Shown here piece after piece: positions 1 to 9,446 of a DNA stretch of 48,249 nucleotides. The position numbers and the translations under genes were made by a program. The notes below the pieces were generated by a model. It saw only the letters and a list, made by a program, of their open reading frames with translations. It did no database searches and had not been told where the DNA came from. Source of the DNA: a virus; UHGV virus genome UHGV-0268419. One strand, written 5' to 3'. How positions within the stretch are numbered: the stretch's first letter is position 1; each line of letters begins with the position of its first letter.

Positions 1-365
1 CGGATGCGGACGGCGTCGATCTCGGTGTTGGTGATGTTACGCACCCATGCAGAAGACTTTTTCAGCTCCACATTGATTCGTGTTTCACTTTCCACCGCCG
101 GGAAGCCGTTGATCGGCTCCTGCTGCGGGGTGCCGTTGCGATATTCCAGTGTAACGCCCGGAATGTTTACCGACCCATCATCGTTCTGAACGGGCGTCCC
201 GTCCATGTAAACGCGCTTGGGCAGGTCTTCCGCGCTAATCGGCACGGTTTCACCCTCTGACAACGCCAGGAGCATCCTTACCGTTGCGTTGCTGATCAGG
301 GAGTCTGGATCTTCAACGGGGGTATGCACGTTGCTACTCCCGCCCTTGTATCCTTTGATTTCCAT
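1..365 (-). CDS. N-terminal 121 codons of the host-specificity / central tail fibre protein (lambda J-like). Start ATG is at 365..363. The gene continues in frame across the window junction into 48249..38811.
   Basis: Reverse-strand translation from 365 gives MEIKGYKGGSSNVHTPVEDPDSL...TEIDAVRIR, which resembles the lambda J N-terminus. The frame is continuous with ORF 38811..48248 if position 48249 is joined to position 1. The ATG overlaps the stop of gene I (TAATG). Confidence 0.8.
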   Translation of the reverse strand, partial: MEIKGYKGGSSNVHTPVEDPDSLISNATVRMLLALSEGETVPISAEDLPKRVYMDGTPVQNDDGSVNIPGVTLEYRNGTPQQEPINGFPAVESETRINVELKKSSAWVRNITNTEIDAVRI

Positions 366-964
366 TAAGAACGTACCTCGTTAGCGATAATTCCGGCGCT
401 GATGATAGCACCCCCGATCTCACGCTCGCCATACAAAACGCCAACGATGTTTCCTTGTGCTGTCGTGTTAACCGGCTGGCCGAAGGCGTATGACGGCGCG
501 TTGGCGTCATTCTCCCGGATCTTCATGCCTGTCGCCTGCGGGGAAAGCATCTGCATAACCCCGCCAGCAGCCGTGGAGATACCAGCAGCAACGAGGTAAG
601 GGGAGACAGCCTGCCCGCCGGGGATGAACGATGCCACGACGCCCGCGACAATCATCGCAGCGCCCAGGATGGTCTGGAACAGGCCGCCCTTCTTGTTGCC
701 GATGATGATCGGGGCAATGCGGAATTCTTCGCCGTCAGGGATTGGCTGCGACATCTCATTGAAGCCGATGTTCCGCTTTCCGATGAAAGGGGCGAAGGTC
801 AGGCCGCGCGACTGGCTGTCTCGCATGTACTGGTCGAATCCGGGGAGGATGGCGGAAAGGGCGCTGATTGCTTCGGCGCAGGAGTCGACCGCAAGGTGAT
901 GGACGCGCCCGAAGCGCGCCCCCATTTCGCCGTATAGTCGGATGGTGCTTAGCTGGTTTCCCAT
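365..964 (-). CDS. tail tip assembly protein I-like
   Basis: 199 aa. It lies downstream of the K-like gene, has a hydrophobic Gly/Ala-rich C-terminal half, and sits immediately upstream of the J start. An RBS GGAG precedes the ATG at 964. Confidence 0.7.
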   Translation of the reverse strand: MGNQLSTIRLYGEMGARFGRVHHLAVDSCAEAISALSAILPGFDQYMRDSQSRGLTFAPFIGKRNIGFNEMSQPIPDGEEFRIAPIIIGNKKGGLFQTILGAAMIVAGVVASFIPGGQAVSPYLVAAGISTAAGGVMQMLSPQATGMKIRENDANAPSYAFGQPVNTTAQGNIVGVLYGEREIGGAIISAGIIANEVRS

Positions 965-1698
965 GGTGTGATCTCCGGTAGTAACTCATGTCGGAGAATA
1001 CCAGTAATGCGCGGCTCAAGGTAGGTGCCATACATCCTATCAATGGTCGATTTGCGGTTCATTAGGTGGTGCATAATCATCCCGTCGCCGGTGTAGATCC
1101 CGCAGTGATTGCTTACGCTGGACGCGATACGGAACACCACCATGTCGCCCGGCTCTGCCTCGGACTTCTTGATAAATCCCGCTGCTGAAAAGTTCTCATC
1201 CGTGAAAAGCTCCTCACCCTTCTCCCACCACGGGTACGGCTTGCGGAAGTCAGGGAGCTGGATGCCTCGCGAACGGTGCCACGCCATCACCAGGCCATAG
1301 CAGTCGGTAGCGCCCAGCACAAAGTCACGACCCAGCAGCCCCTTCGGCTCCTCAAAGAACACCGCCAGCTCATCCTTGTCCGGGGCGTAGATGAACCACG
1401 GTAAGCAAGTTTCCTGCATGAGCTGGCGATCGAGAATTGACGGGTAGGCCAGGCCGTCAGCGCCAGGGTGTGAATGGATGACGGCAACGATATTGCCTGC
1501 GTCCTCAGCCTCAGCGAAGTCCTGCGGAGCAATGCGGAAGCTGTTCATTTTGTCGGCTGCGGAGTTGATGACAGGCCAGTATTCGAGGCCTCCACCTGAA
1601 TCAACCAGAAGCCCGCAGCCTTCTTGCGGCGAACACTCTGTAAGGTGTTGTTTAATATAGTTTAATTGCTGTTCCGGGATGTCATTTACGTCAATCAT
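949..1698 (-). CDS. tail tip protein K-like (MPN/JAB metalloprotease plus NlpC/P60 domains)
   Basis: HSHP JAMM-type motif plus a C-terminal Cys/His NlpC-P60-like region (DCYGLV...H). The ATG at 1698 is preceded by GGAGG; the ORF-track start at 1710 is a GTG. Confidence 0.8.
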   Translation of the reverse strand: MIDVNDIPEQQLNYIKQHLTECSPQEGCGLLVDSGGGLEYWPVINSAADKMNSFRIAPQDFAEAEDAGNIVAVIHSHPGADGLAYPSILDRQLMQETCLPWFIYAPDKDELAVFFEEPKGLLGRDFVLGATDCYGLVMAWHRSRGIQLPDFRKPYPWWEKGEELFTDENFSAAGFIKKSEAEPGDMVVFRIASSVSNHCGIYTGDGMIMHHLMNRKSTIDRMYGTYLEPRITGILRHELLPEITPWETS

Positions 1699-1714
1699 TT
1701 TTGCCTCCACTTGG

Positions 1715-1774
1715 CACCACCTGAAATTTTAAATCATTGATTTATAATGCTGAATTTCAGGTGTTAGGTGGTAT
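1715..1774. promoter_or_regulatory. inverted pair of CCACCTGAAATT elements, including the 22-mer ATACCACCTAACACCTGAAATT on the minus strand, 40 nt upstream of K; candidate promoter/operator of the K-I-J-fibre unit
   Basis: CACCACCTGAAATTTT (1715-1730, +) and AATTTCAGGTGTTAGGTGGTAT (1753-1774, the reverse complement of the 22-mer) flank ttgatttataat. The 22-mer is 21/22 identical to 18867-18888. Confidence 0.45.
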
Positions 1775-1825
1775 TGGTATATATATTTATTACCATAAAT
1801 ACATATAAGACATACCCAAGACCAT

Positions 1826-1850
1826 ATAAATAAAACTCCCTTGGGAGGGT
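1826..1850 (-). terminator. GC hairpin (CTCCC-N-GGGAG) followed by a T-run on the minus strand; likely end of the terS-to-L late transcript.
   Basis: aaaaCTCCCttGGGAGggtttttatt sits in a 288-bp AT-rich gap between L and K. Confidence 0.5.
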
Positions 1851-1998
1851 TTTTATTATATATGGCTATGGGATGTATTCTTATCTTCGTCAGTCGAAAA
1901 CTGAGGGCCTGAACGGCACGCTGTCGCGTTTAACGCCGTCAGGCCATACGTTCGGACGTCTTACGCAAGAAAACGCCGCAGAACGCGATACAGTGCGT

Positions 1999-3258
1999 TT
2001 AATCAATCAGGCGCACAGAGATAAAACCGCCGTAGTCAAGAACGGCCGCTTTCGGGTCACTCACCAGCTGGCCGAAGCGTAGGCGGCAATCCTGAATGCA
2101 CCCCCCACATTCGTCCTTCGTGATGTCGTCCACCTGGTTCCCGTGCTTGTCGTACCACTTTTTAGCTGTGCCACGGTTCCAGCTGCACCCGTTTTCTTCC
2201 CCGGCGTCCAGGCCTTTGCCGTACAGCCCGCGCGCCTGCCACTGACAGAACGTCGTGATCTGCCGCGTTGGCACCTGAAAGTTCTGTAGGTCGAGCGGAG
2301 ACGACAGCGCGAACCGCACATACTCTTCGCTCTCATAGTCTGGCCGATCGATGTAGTAAAGCTGCGTCCACTGCTGCATTGAGTTGGCGAACTCGTTACC
2401 ATCTGTGAAGTTGCGCGGATCGAGGAACTTCGCGTAGGTCTGGATGATCTTGACCTTTGCCCCGACCATCTGCTGATAGGCGCGCAGGTAGGCGCTGACG
2501 ACCCCAGACTGGTTGCCAATGGACAGGGTAGGCGTCCCCTGCTGCTCGCTGCTGAACTCGATCCCCTCAGCCATAAACGGCCAATAGCCATATTCGACGT
2601 TGTCGAACCAGATTGATTTCGGGGCCAGCTTGGACGCGTCAACCTCGTGCGGGTTCTTATTCAGGATGCTGATTCGCTTGATCTCGATCTCGCCTACTTC
2701 CTGCTGCCACAGGTCAATGCGGATGCCGATAATCTGGCTGTTTACCCAGTCTGAACCGCCAGCGCTCAGCTTCGACATGTCGAACGAGAATTTCAGCCAC
2801 CCATCACCGAGATCTTCGGTTACGCTCGACAATGCCCCGCCCTTGTTGTAGCTGGGGGAAAAATCATGCGCTGCTGTCTTGTAATAGATCGTATACAGGT
2901 TATCCGACCCGGCAGGAGGAGTGATCCAGCGCCCCACCACCTCGATCACCTGATATTTGCTACCAGTCAGGCCACCGGTGAACGAAGGCAGCAGAAGGTT
3001 CGCGTCAGCTGCTGACGATTTGAAGTTGATGGTGTTACGGTCTTCGTTCTTTGTCACCGTCCCGCGTCCGCCATAGCACTTGAATAGCTGATCGCGGGTC
3101 AACGTGCTGTTCGCACTGTCGAGGATCTCCTTGCTCGTGTGCGGGAGCTGGCAATAGTGGCCCCGGATGATCCCCGCGCCGAACTCGGTTCCGTCGATCT
3201 CCATGAGAATGATCTTGCCAGACGGGTCGAGCTTTGTGGCTTCGTCGAAAATGGTGTT
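1999..3258 (-). CDS. minor tail protein L-like with an inserted ~190-aa central domain
   Basis: The N-terminus (IILMEIDGTEFG) and the C-terminal Cys cluster (CQWQ...C..C...C, DDITKDECGGCIQDCRLRF...GGF) resemble lambda gpL. The ATG at 3258 has an upstream GAAAGG. The ORF-track N-terminal extension overlapping M was trimmed. Confidence 0.75.
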   Translation of the reverse strand, partial: NTIFDEATKLDPSGKIILMEIDGTEFGAGIIRGHYCQLPHTSKEILDSANSTLTRDQLFKCYGGRGTVTKNEDRNTINFKSSAADANLLLPSFTGGLTGSKYQVIEVVGRWITPPAGSDNLYTIYYKTAAHDFSPSYNKGGALSSVTEDLGDGWLKFSFDMSKLSAGGSDWVNSQIIGIRIDLWQQEVGEIEIKRISILNKNPHEVDASKLAPKSIWFDNVEYGYWPFMAEGIEFSSEQQGTPTLSIGNQSGVVSAYLRAYQQMVGAKVKIIQTYAKFLDPRNFTDGNEFANSMQQWTQLYYIDRPDYESEEYVRFALSSPLDLQNFQVPTRQITTFCQWQARGLYGKGLDAGEENGCSWNRGTAKKWYDKHGNQVDDITKDECGGCIQDCRLRFGQLVSDPKAAVLDYGGFISVRLID

Positions 3259-3260
3259 GC

Positions 3261-3623
3261 TCATCCTTTCACCCCTGTGTAGATGCCCACGGCCTGCTCG
3301 GCTGTGAAGGTAATGTTCATGGTTGCACGTCCCAGCGCGACATATTTGATCGTGCCTGATTTCACGGTGTAAATGCCCAGTTCGCCATGCGGCGGAACCA
3401 TCTGGAACGGGTTGGTGATGTGCGCTTTCAGGAAGGATAGGATCTGGTTGCCGGTCTTGGCGTTGCCAGTCCACGAGCAGGGCACCTCCATAATGAACGG
3501 ATTGATGCCTTCTAAAACGTTCTGCTGTGAGCCGTCGCCGAAGCTGTTCGATCGGCTGCGGTCTTTCACTGATACCTGTTGACCTGCCGCCAGCGGCCAG
3601 ATCCACGCGTCTAATGTAGCCAT
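3261..3623 (-). CDS. minor tail protein M-like
   Basis: 120 aa beginning MATLDAW, with a strong RBS AGGAGG. It lies between tape measure and L as in lambda. The upstream part of the 184-aa ORF overlapping tape measure was rejected. Confidence 0.65.
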   Translation of the reverse strand: MATLDAWIWPLAAGQQVSVKDRSRSNSFGDGSQQNVLEGINPFIMEVPCSWTGNAKTGNQILSFLKAHITNPFQMVPPHGELGIYTVKSGTIKYVALGRATMNITFTAEQAVGIYTGVKG

Positions 3624-3657
3624 AAAAAAAGCCTCCTGTGTGGGAGGCTGTAGGTTA

Positions 3658-6504
3658 TCACGCGTGACCGTTAATAAGCATCCAGATCTGTCCACCCGGG
3701 GAGCTTGCCCGGGCGATGCCGTCCTGAATGGCTGCGGCCATTGCATCACCGTAGGCTCGGCCCAGCTTGCCAGACTCTGACACGTTGGCCGTCGCCTGCC
3801 CGTTCTGGTCGACATTCACTTCCATCGACCCGATGGAGACGCCGCCACCGGCACCGCCCTGAGCACGAACACCAAGACGCCCGCTGGAATCCTTCGCCAG
3901 TGGCATGATGGCTTCCGGCCCGGCTTCGGCGAACACCCCGCCCTTCGCAAACGGCTTCGGCTTGTCATACGTGAACAGCTGCGGCGTGGTGTAGACGCGG
4001 TTGCTGTAAGCAGACAGCGACGGGCTATCGTATACGCCACCCTTCGCATTGAATCCGATGCTGGACATATCGAAGCCCATCGCGCCGCCGATCCCCTGGA
4101 TGGCTTTGAACATGAGCCATTTGTTGATCATCTGAACCATCATCCCGAGGATGGATTTGGTAAAGTCGGCGAACGACGCCTTACCGGTCATCACGAAGGA
4201 GTTGATCGAGTCCAGCCCGGCATCCATTGCGCCAGTGATGGCCTTCTGTACGTTGGCTGAGGTGTTGGTGGCATCCTTACCCCACGCTTCGATCGCGGAG
4301 CGTGCGCCGCCTGCCCAGTCCTGCGTTTTCGCGTCGGTAGCCTGCCGCAGCGCTTCACGCTGGCGTGCGTCCTCGTCGATTTGCTCCTGAGTCGCGCCTT
4401 TGTCCCGGAGGGCCGCCGCTCGCTGCATGTTCTCCAGCAGCCGCGCAGCCTCATCGGCTGATAGACCCCATGAGGCGTTAATGGCCGCCACCTGAACAGA
4501 CATGTCATTGCCGCTGCGGGTCAGCTCATCGGTGATCTGCGCCTGCCGCTCCAGCTGCTTGACCTGATCGCCCAGCAGGCCGACGGTCTTGGCCTTCGCG
4601 AGAATCTCCTCTTTGCTCGCCAGAAGTGACTGTTCGTCCTTGGTGAGTGCCCGGCCTTTGGCGTCAGCACGGATGCCCTCAAGGATGGAGATCTTCGCGA
4701 CCAACAGCTGATAGTTCTTCATCTGCTCTGAGGCGTTGACGTCGAAGGCGTTACGGTCTTTCAGCGTCTTGATCTGCGCCCGTAATGCCAGCTCCTGCGC
4801 CTGATACTGCTCAAGGATGCGATCACCCTGCGCAACGGTGACGGCCTTCTCCTTGTTGTGCTTCGTTGACTCATTCGCCAGCTTGCTGACCGCTTCCCTG
4901 CTCTTCTCATCGGTAGCACCGCTGCCGGTAGCACCGTTGGCGTTGCGCGCCCGCGCCTCAGCGTCTGCCTGGCTTTCAAAGGCCCGCTTGCTGACCTCCG
5001 CGAACTCCTTCGCGATCTGCTTGCCCTTCTCGATGGACTCACGGCCATTTTTCTCGACGGTTTCGACGTCGATCCCCATCGCCCGGAGAACGCCACGGCC
5101 ATCAACGCCCGGCACCTTGTCCAGCAGGTCAGCAACGCCCAGCGTAAATTTGCTGTCCATCTGCGCAAGATAGTTCAGCAGGTCGTCGATCGATAGCTTG
5201 ACCATCTTGAAAATATCGACGGCGCGGTTCCCCCACGAGCGCAGCACGATCCCCATATCGTTAAAGACATCCGACGCGGCGGTTTTCAGCGTCTTCCATG
5301 CCTGACCGACGTTATCAGTCTTCTCGATCACGTCATCGGCCCGCTTATTCATGGCCGTTGTGTAGATGTCCAGCGCTTCGGCAGCAGCAGCCTGCTCACC
5401 CTTCTCCTTCTGCGTCTGGATTAGGTGCTTCATCTGCGCTTCGGTCATGAAACCATACTGCTCATTGAGCGCGGCGATAGACTTGATCGGGTTCTTCACC
5501 AGGTTATCGAAGTCTTTCATGACGTCGCCAGCGTCCAGCCCGGCATCTGACAGCTTCGACGTTGAGATCGCCACCTTCTCCATCATGTCGGCTGTCATCG
5601 TGCCCTTGTTGTTCAGCTCGATCAGCCGGTCGGTGATGCTGCTAATGCTGTCGCCAGTTGACTGCTGGATCATGACGGCGGCCCTGTTCAGCTCTTCGGC
5701 TGACTTAAAGCCTGCACCACCCATGAGCGTCACCGATGCCGCGAGTCGATCGGCCTGGTCTGCGCTGGTGTAGGCTGCATAACCCATTGCAGCGATGGCC
5801 GCTGTCGCGCCAGCCAGCCCGAGGAAGGAAGGGGAAATGAATTGTTTAAGCGCCTGAAAGGTGTTGCCCAGCCCGCCGAAGGAGTCCTTAATCTGGCCGC
5901 CCTGCTGGATCATGATCAGGAATGGATTCTGACCACCAGCCAGCTGGGTGACGATATCGGTCATCTGCGCCGGTAACATACCCATAGCAGCGCGGTATTG
6001 CCCGGTAGTGATGGTTAATCCCTGCTGTAGCGTCTTCTGCTTCTCAGACGTCACATTCAGGCCGCGCATAGCTGCGTCGTTGCGGTCGATGATCCCGGCG
6101 CGGTTGGCGAGGATCGCGTTGTACTCCTCCGCTTCCTTCGCGCCCAGCAGCCCGTTAGCCTGCGCCTTCGCCAGTGCCTCCTGCTGCTGCGCCAGGTCAC
6201 GAAGCTGAACGCGCGTTGGCCTGATGCGGTCGAGGAGGTTTTGAAGCTCCTGATTCTGCCGGTACAGCCCCACGGCAGCGTCGCCAGCAGCCTCCTGCGT
6301 CTGCTTCGCCTCGTTGTTGAAGTTGTCGACCGCTGCGGCTGCTGAGTCGGCTGACGGCTTCACCTGGTCGAACTTGTCGCCCAGCCCGTCCGCTGCCCTG
6401 CCTGCGTCCTGCGCCGCGTCAACAAGGTCTGCGAGGGATTTGGCCCCCGCGTTGACCCCGCTGGCGTCGACGTCGACGATCAAGCGTTCTGTGTTTTCAC
6501 TCAT
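3658..6504 (-). CDS. tail tape measure protein
   Basis: 948 aa, Ala/Gln/Glu-rich and coiled-coil-like, with C-terminal Gly-rich segments. It follows the G/GT chaperone pair; ATG with GGAG RBS. Confidence 0.9.
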   Translation of the reverse strand: MSENTERLIVDVDASGVNAGAKSLADLVDAAQDAGRAADGLGDKFDQVKPSADSAAAAVDNFNNEAKQTQEAAGDAAVGLYRQNQELQNLLDRIRPTRVQLRDLAQQQEALAKAQANGLLGAKEAEEYNAILANRAGIIDRNDAAMRGLNVTSEKQKTLQQGLTITTGQYRAAMGMLPAQMTDIVTQLAGGQNPFLIMIQQGGQIKDSFGGLGNTFQALKQFISPSFLGLAGATAAIAAMGYAAYTSADQADRLAASVTLMGGAGFKSAEELNRAAVMIQQSTGDSISSITDRLIELNNKGTMTADMMEKVAISTSKLSDAGLDAGDVMKDFDNLVKNPIKSIAALNEQYGFMTEAQMKHLIQTQKEKGEQAAAAEALDIYTTAMNKRADDVIEKTDNVGQAWKTLKTAASDVFNDMGIVLRSWGNRAVDIFKMVKLSIDDLLNYLAQMDSKFTLGVADLLDKVPGVDGRGVLRAMGIDVETVEKNGRESIEKGKQIAKEFAEVSKRAFESQADAEARARNANGATGSGATDEKSREAVSKLANESTKHNKEKAVTVAQGDRILEQYQAQELALRAQIKTLKDRNAFDVNASEQMKNYQLLVAKISILEGIRADAKGRALTKDEQSLLASKEEILAKAKTVGLLGDQVKQLERQAQITDELTRSGNDMSVQVAAINASWGLSADEAARLLENMQRAAALRDKGATQEQIDEDARQREALRQATDAKTQDWAGGARSAIEAWGKDATNTSANVQKAITGAMDAGLDSINSFVMTGKASFADFTKSILGMMVQMINKWLMFKAIQGIGGAMGFDMSSIGFNAKGGVYDSPSLSAYSNRVYTTPQLFTYDKPKPFAKGGVFAEAGPEAIMPLAKDSSGRLGVRAQGGAGGGVSIGSMEVNVDQNGQATANVSESGKLGRAYGDAMAAAIQDGIARASSPGGQIWMLINGHA

Positions 6505-6836
6505 GCTGTATCACTCCTGCTCATGAGAACTCTGATCGCGGCCCCCTCCATGATTGCCAGGTCATCCATGAGCAGGCGATCGAACTTGACGCCATACAGG
6601 TCAGCCATGACGGGGATCACGTTGTAGTCGAGGCCGATTAAACCGCCCGGCCCCGTGCGCCATTGGGTATCAATACGCTGGTAAAAATAAAAGCTATCAA
6701 CAATCTCTGCTGATAGCTCCACTTCTGGACGGTAGTCTTCCAGCTCCCCCCCGAAATTATCGACCAGCTGCTGCGGCGGATCGGGGAAATACAGACCCTC
6801 AATCGCGGCGGTTAGTGCTTTTGGCGCAGCTTCCAC
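6501..6836 (-). CDS. tail assembly chaperone T segment, expressed as a G-T fusion by -1 programmed frameshift
   Basis: The -1 frame ORF overlaps the last ~22 codons of G. The T-frame stop TGA overlaps the tape measure ATG (ATGA). Confidence 0.7.
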   Translation of the reverse strand: MEAAPKALTAAIEGLYFPDPPQQLVDNFGGELEDYRPEVELSAEIVDSFYFYQRIDTQWRTGPGGLIGLDYNVIPVMADLYGVKFDRLLMDDLAIMEGAAIRVLMSRSDTA

Positions 6837-7201
6837 AGCTCGGACTGGTAGCCAACGCTGATCGACATAAACGCCGTCGGGTAGTTATCGAACAGGGTGA
6901 TCAGGTTCTCTTTCGTGAACTCGTCAGACAGCTCCCAGCCGGTTGCGATGTCCAGCACAAAATCTGCCATCAAAGGATATTGCAGCACGCTATCTTCGAC
7001 CACTGACAGCTTTTTGCCCTTGTATTCCTCATCCATCTCCTGCACGCGCTTCGCCATCGCTTCCTGCTTCTCTTTCAGCTCGGTCAGCGGCATGCGCTTG
7101 AACGTGAATTTCAGCTCTGTAGGCTCATCCTGCCCTACGGTGGTGATCAGGATCGGAAGTTCGAACGTGCCAGCGGGTACTAACTTGAATTTTGCAGCCA
7201 T
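6812..7201 (-). CDS. tail assembly chaperone G-like
   Basis: 129-aa acidic protein between the major tail and tape measure genes. It ends ...LWKLRQKH with a CCAAAAG motif before the stop. Confidence 0.8.
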   Translation of the reverse strand: MAAKFKLVPAGTFELPILITTVGQDEPTELKFTFKRMPLTELKEKQEAMAKRVQEMDEEYKGKKLSVVEDSVLQYPLMADFVLDIATGWELSDEFTKENLITLFDNYPTAFMSISVGYQSELWKLRQKH

Positions 7202-7220
7202 TGTCTTGTCTCCAGATATG

Positions 7221-7245
7221 AAAAAGGCGGCCTAAGCCGCCCTGA
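7221..7245 (-). terminator. intrinsic terminator / attenuator after the major tail protein gene
   Basis: Minus-strand GGCGGC-ttag-GCCGCC followed by TTTTT, between 7258 and 7201. Confidence 0.6.
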
Positions 7246-7257
7246 TGATAGCACGCT

Positions 7258-7929
7258 TTACGCGGCAGGATAGATCACCATCTCACTGACCAGGCTCAGA
7301 ACAAGGCTGTTCGTTTCGACGTTGTTCACTTCGGATGCCGGGATCTCGTTGAAGGATACCTGGCAGCCATAAACGCGCGTTTCTTTCGCGCGCTTGTTGT
7401 AGAACTTGAACGCCGTCACGTCCTGCGAGCGATCCAGCTGCTTCAAAACTTCACGCACTGGCGCGCTGGCGTCGTGCGCCATGGTGAAGGTCTGCGTTGC
7501 CGCCGACTTGTAAGTGTTGATGTTCACCGCGCGCTCGTGCTGGATAGCCTGGAACGTGGTGGTCTGCTGCTCGTTACCGGAGTTGGAGATAGTAGGGGTC
7601 AACGGCAGGTCGATCCACGCCTGAATCTTGACCAGAGTGCCAGCGCCGCCGCCTTCCGGGTAGATCTCGGTGTCGGAGGTGTCGACCTTCTCCAGCGTCA
7701 CCTTGTCGGTGGTGATGGACTTCACGCGACACACCAGACCATTCATATTGACCCAGCTGGTAAACAGCTGAACGTAGTCGCCAGCGGCGATACTGGAATC
7801 AGCAGCCGACAGGGTGGCTACTGCCTCTTTCGCGTTGGAGATACCCGACACGGCAAGGCTTGCACCCATCGTCTGAGCGATTTGCAGCGTTGAGCCGTTC
7901 GGGATGTTGTATGAGAGTTTCGTAGCCAT
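7258..7929 (-). CDS. major tail (tube) protein
   Basis: 223 aa, positioned immediately upstream of the chaperone pair. A terminator hairpin follows it. Confidence 0.7.
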   Translation of the reverse strand: MATKLSYNIPNGSTLQIAQTMGASLAVSGISNAKEAVATLSAADSSIAAGDYVQLFTSWVNMNGLVCRVKSITTDKVTLEKVDTSDTEIYPEGGGAGTLVKIQAWIDLPLTPTISNSGNEQQTTTFQAIQHERAVNINTYKSAATQTFTMAHDASAPVREVLKQLDRSQDVTAFKFYNKRAKETRVYGCQVSFNEIPASEVNNVETNSLVLSLVSEMVIYPAA

Positions 7930-7930
7930 G

Positions 7931-8383
7931 TTAGCCTCTTGCGTTATTGATACGGTAGTTCATCGTGACAGCCACATGCAGCCCGGCGTCGTCTTCATAG
8001 TCAGCGCCGATTTCAGCCGGTGCCGTAAGGTATAGCTGCTGATCGTCGTCGCCGATGCTAACATAATTACCGTCATAGAACATCGCTTCATTGAACGCCT
8101 CCACCAGCGCATCGGCTGCATCGTAGATCTGCCGGGTGCCGGACAGGCGCGGAGCACGCAGCATCACCTGATAGATCCCGCGCTTCGCGATGTCTGACTG
8201 CTGGAAGCCCATGGAGATAGACGGGGCCGGGATGTGCTGCGGGAAGCCGACCAGCTGACTCACCGCCTGCTCGTTCATGTCGTTATCGGCGCTGTTACGC
8301 CACACGAGGGCGATATTGTTGTTGTTGCCCCACTGCATTGCGATTAGGTCGAATTTCGCCTGAATCTGTGAAGTGCTGATCAT
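7931..8383 (-). CDS. tail terminator / tail completion protein (gpU-like position)
   Basis: 150 aa directly upstream of the major tail gene. Confidence 0.5.
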   Translation of the reverse strand: MISTSQIQAKFDLIAMQWGNNNNIALVWRNSADNDMNEQAVSQLVGFPQHIPAPSISMGFQQSDIAKRGIYQVMLRAPRLSGTRQIYDAADALVEAFNEAMFYDGNYVSIGDDDQQLYLTAPAEIGADYEDDAGLHVAVTMNYRINNARG

Positions 8384-9063
8384 AATTTTTGTGCCTCTGC
8401 TGTTGCTGCCGCGAATGCTTCCTCAAATTGGATACATGAGATCCTGACCATCCCGGCGGGAGCCTGTCGTGAGTGCCCCTCATATTCCAGCGGGTAGCCA
8501 TACGGCGAATTGTTAACGAAATAAATATGCTCAGCCATCCCGACGCGGAAGCGCTCGACGGCGTTCACCATTTTGTTGATGGTCGGTGTGCCGGACTTGT
8601 CCCGCTCATCCAGCCACTCAATGGGGACAAAGTCGATCCCCACCTGCCAGTTAGCCCGGAACCGGCCGCCGACGTAGCCCTTCCCGACCGGGTTGACGCC
8701 CTGCTCATTCTTGAGAAGTCGGGGGATTCGCGGGCCGACCGGCCCGACAGGGGAAGAGAATTTCGCCGGTGCTGCAACGATGTTCGCGCCCGGCTTGAGG
8801 CGGCGGGTGCCGCGCTTGGTCGTGTAGCCGAAGGTGTCGCTTTCGCGCATGGCCGTTCGTAGGTCGCTCATGCGGTTGCGCTCCTTGACGGCCTGCTGGT
8901 TGCGGTTCCACAGGTCAGGGTTGCCGACGGGCGAGCGCTGGATGATCATTGCGAAGACCTTCATCGCCGCCAGCTGCACGATCTCTTCGTGACGCTCGAC
9001 GACGCCGCCAGCCCACTGAGCGACATTGTTGGCAAAGATTGTTCCGTTCCGCTTGCGTGCCAT
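8380..9063 (-). CDS. neck / head-tail joining protein (HK97 gp10-like position)
   Basis: 227 aa in the head-tail connector region; ATGA overlap with the downstream gene. Confidence 0.5.
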   Translation of the reverse strand: MARKRNGTIFANNVAQWAGGVVERHEEIVQLAAMKVFAMIIQRSPVGNPDLWNRNQQAVKERNRMSDLRTAMRESDTFGYTTKRGTRRLKPGANIVAAPAKFSSPVGPVGPRIPRLLKNEQGVNPVGKGYVGGRFRANWQVGIDFVPIEWLDERDKSGTPTINKMVNAVERFRVGMAEHIYFVNNSPYGYPLEYEGHSRQAPAGMVRISCIQFEEAFAAATAEAQKL

Positions 9064-9446
9064 TACAGCCCCTTGATCCTCAGCTTGTACACGATGCCGT
9101 AGCCACCGTCGGGGATAACCGGCTTAATCTCGGTGATGGAGTAAGTGCGGCCACCGCCTGAGACGGTCATATTCATCTTCGGCTCCCACTCCTTCCCGGT
9201 GGTGTCCGTCCATGCCATGACGATCTGCTGCTCGCCCGGGGGGATGGTCGCCAGCCCCCAAAACTTGAGGTCGACGCCGGTGATCACTCCCAGCACCTTG
9301 CATACCGCGCCCGGTGGCGTCACCACTTCCTCGCCGGTGACTGGGTCGCGGCTGATGCCGCCCGGGGTGCTGATGGTGATGACTGCTCCGTACTCCTTGA
9401 ACAGCTTGCGGGCCTCTGCCCGCAGTTCGCGATAGAGCTTGTTCAT
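9063..9446 (-). CDS. head completion / head-tail adaptor protein
   Basis: 127 aa, placed by position only. Confidence 0.45.
   Translation of the reverse strand: MNKLYRELRAEARKLFKEYGAVITISTPGGISRDPVTGEEVVTPPGAVCKVLGVITGVDLKFWGLATIPPGEQQIVMAWTDTTGKEWEPKMNMTVSGGGRTYSITEIKPVIPDGGYGIVYKLRIKGL

Noticed and set aside
4-964. Plus-strand ORFs 4..189, 402..599 and 624..899, and minus-strand 756..1043, overlapping the I and J coding regions
   Set aside because: They are antisense or out of frame inside well-supported genes in GC-rich DNA. They lack RBS and recognisable domains.
2061-2642. 193-aa Ser/Arg/Thr-rich ORF on the minus strand inside gene L, and similar Arg/Pro-rich ORFs (4191..4508, 4761..5168, 8565..8911, 12186..12416, 13358..13669, 33302..33661)
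   Set aside because: They show the low-complexity Arg/Ser/Pro composition typical of alternate frames of high-GC genes.
3261-3815. 184-aa ORF overlapping the end of tape measure
   Set aside because: Only the distal 120 codons from the ATG with an AGGAGG RBS (3623) are plausible, as the M-like gene. The upstream part overlaps tape measure out of frame.
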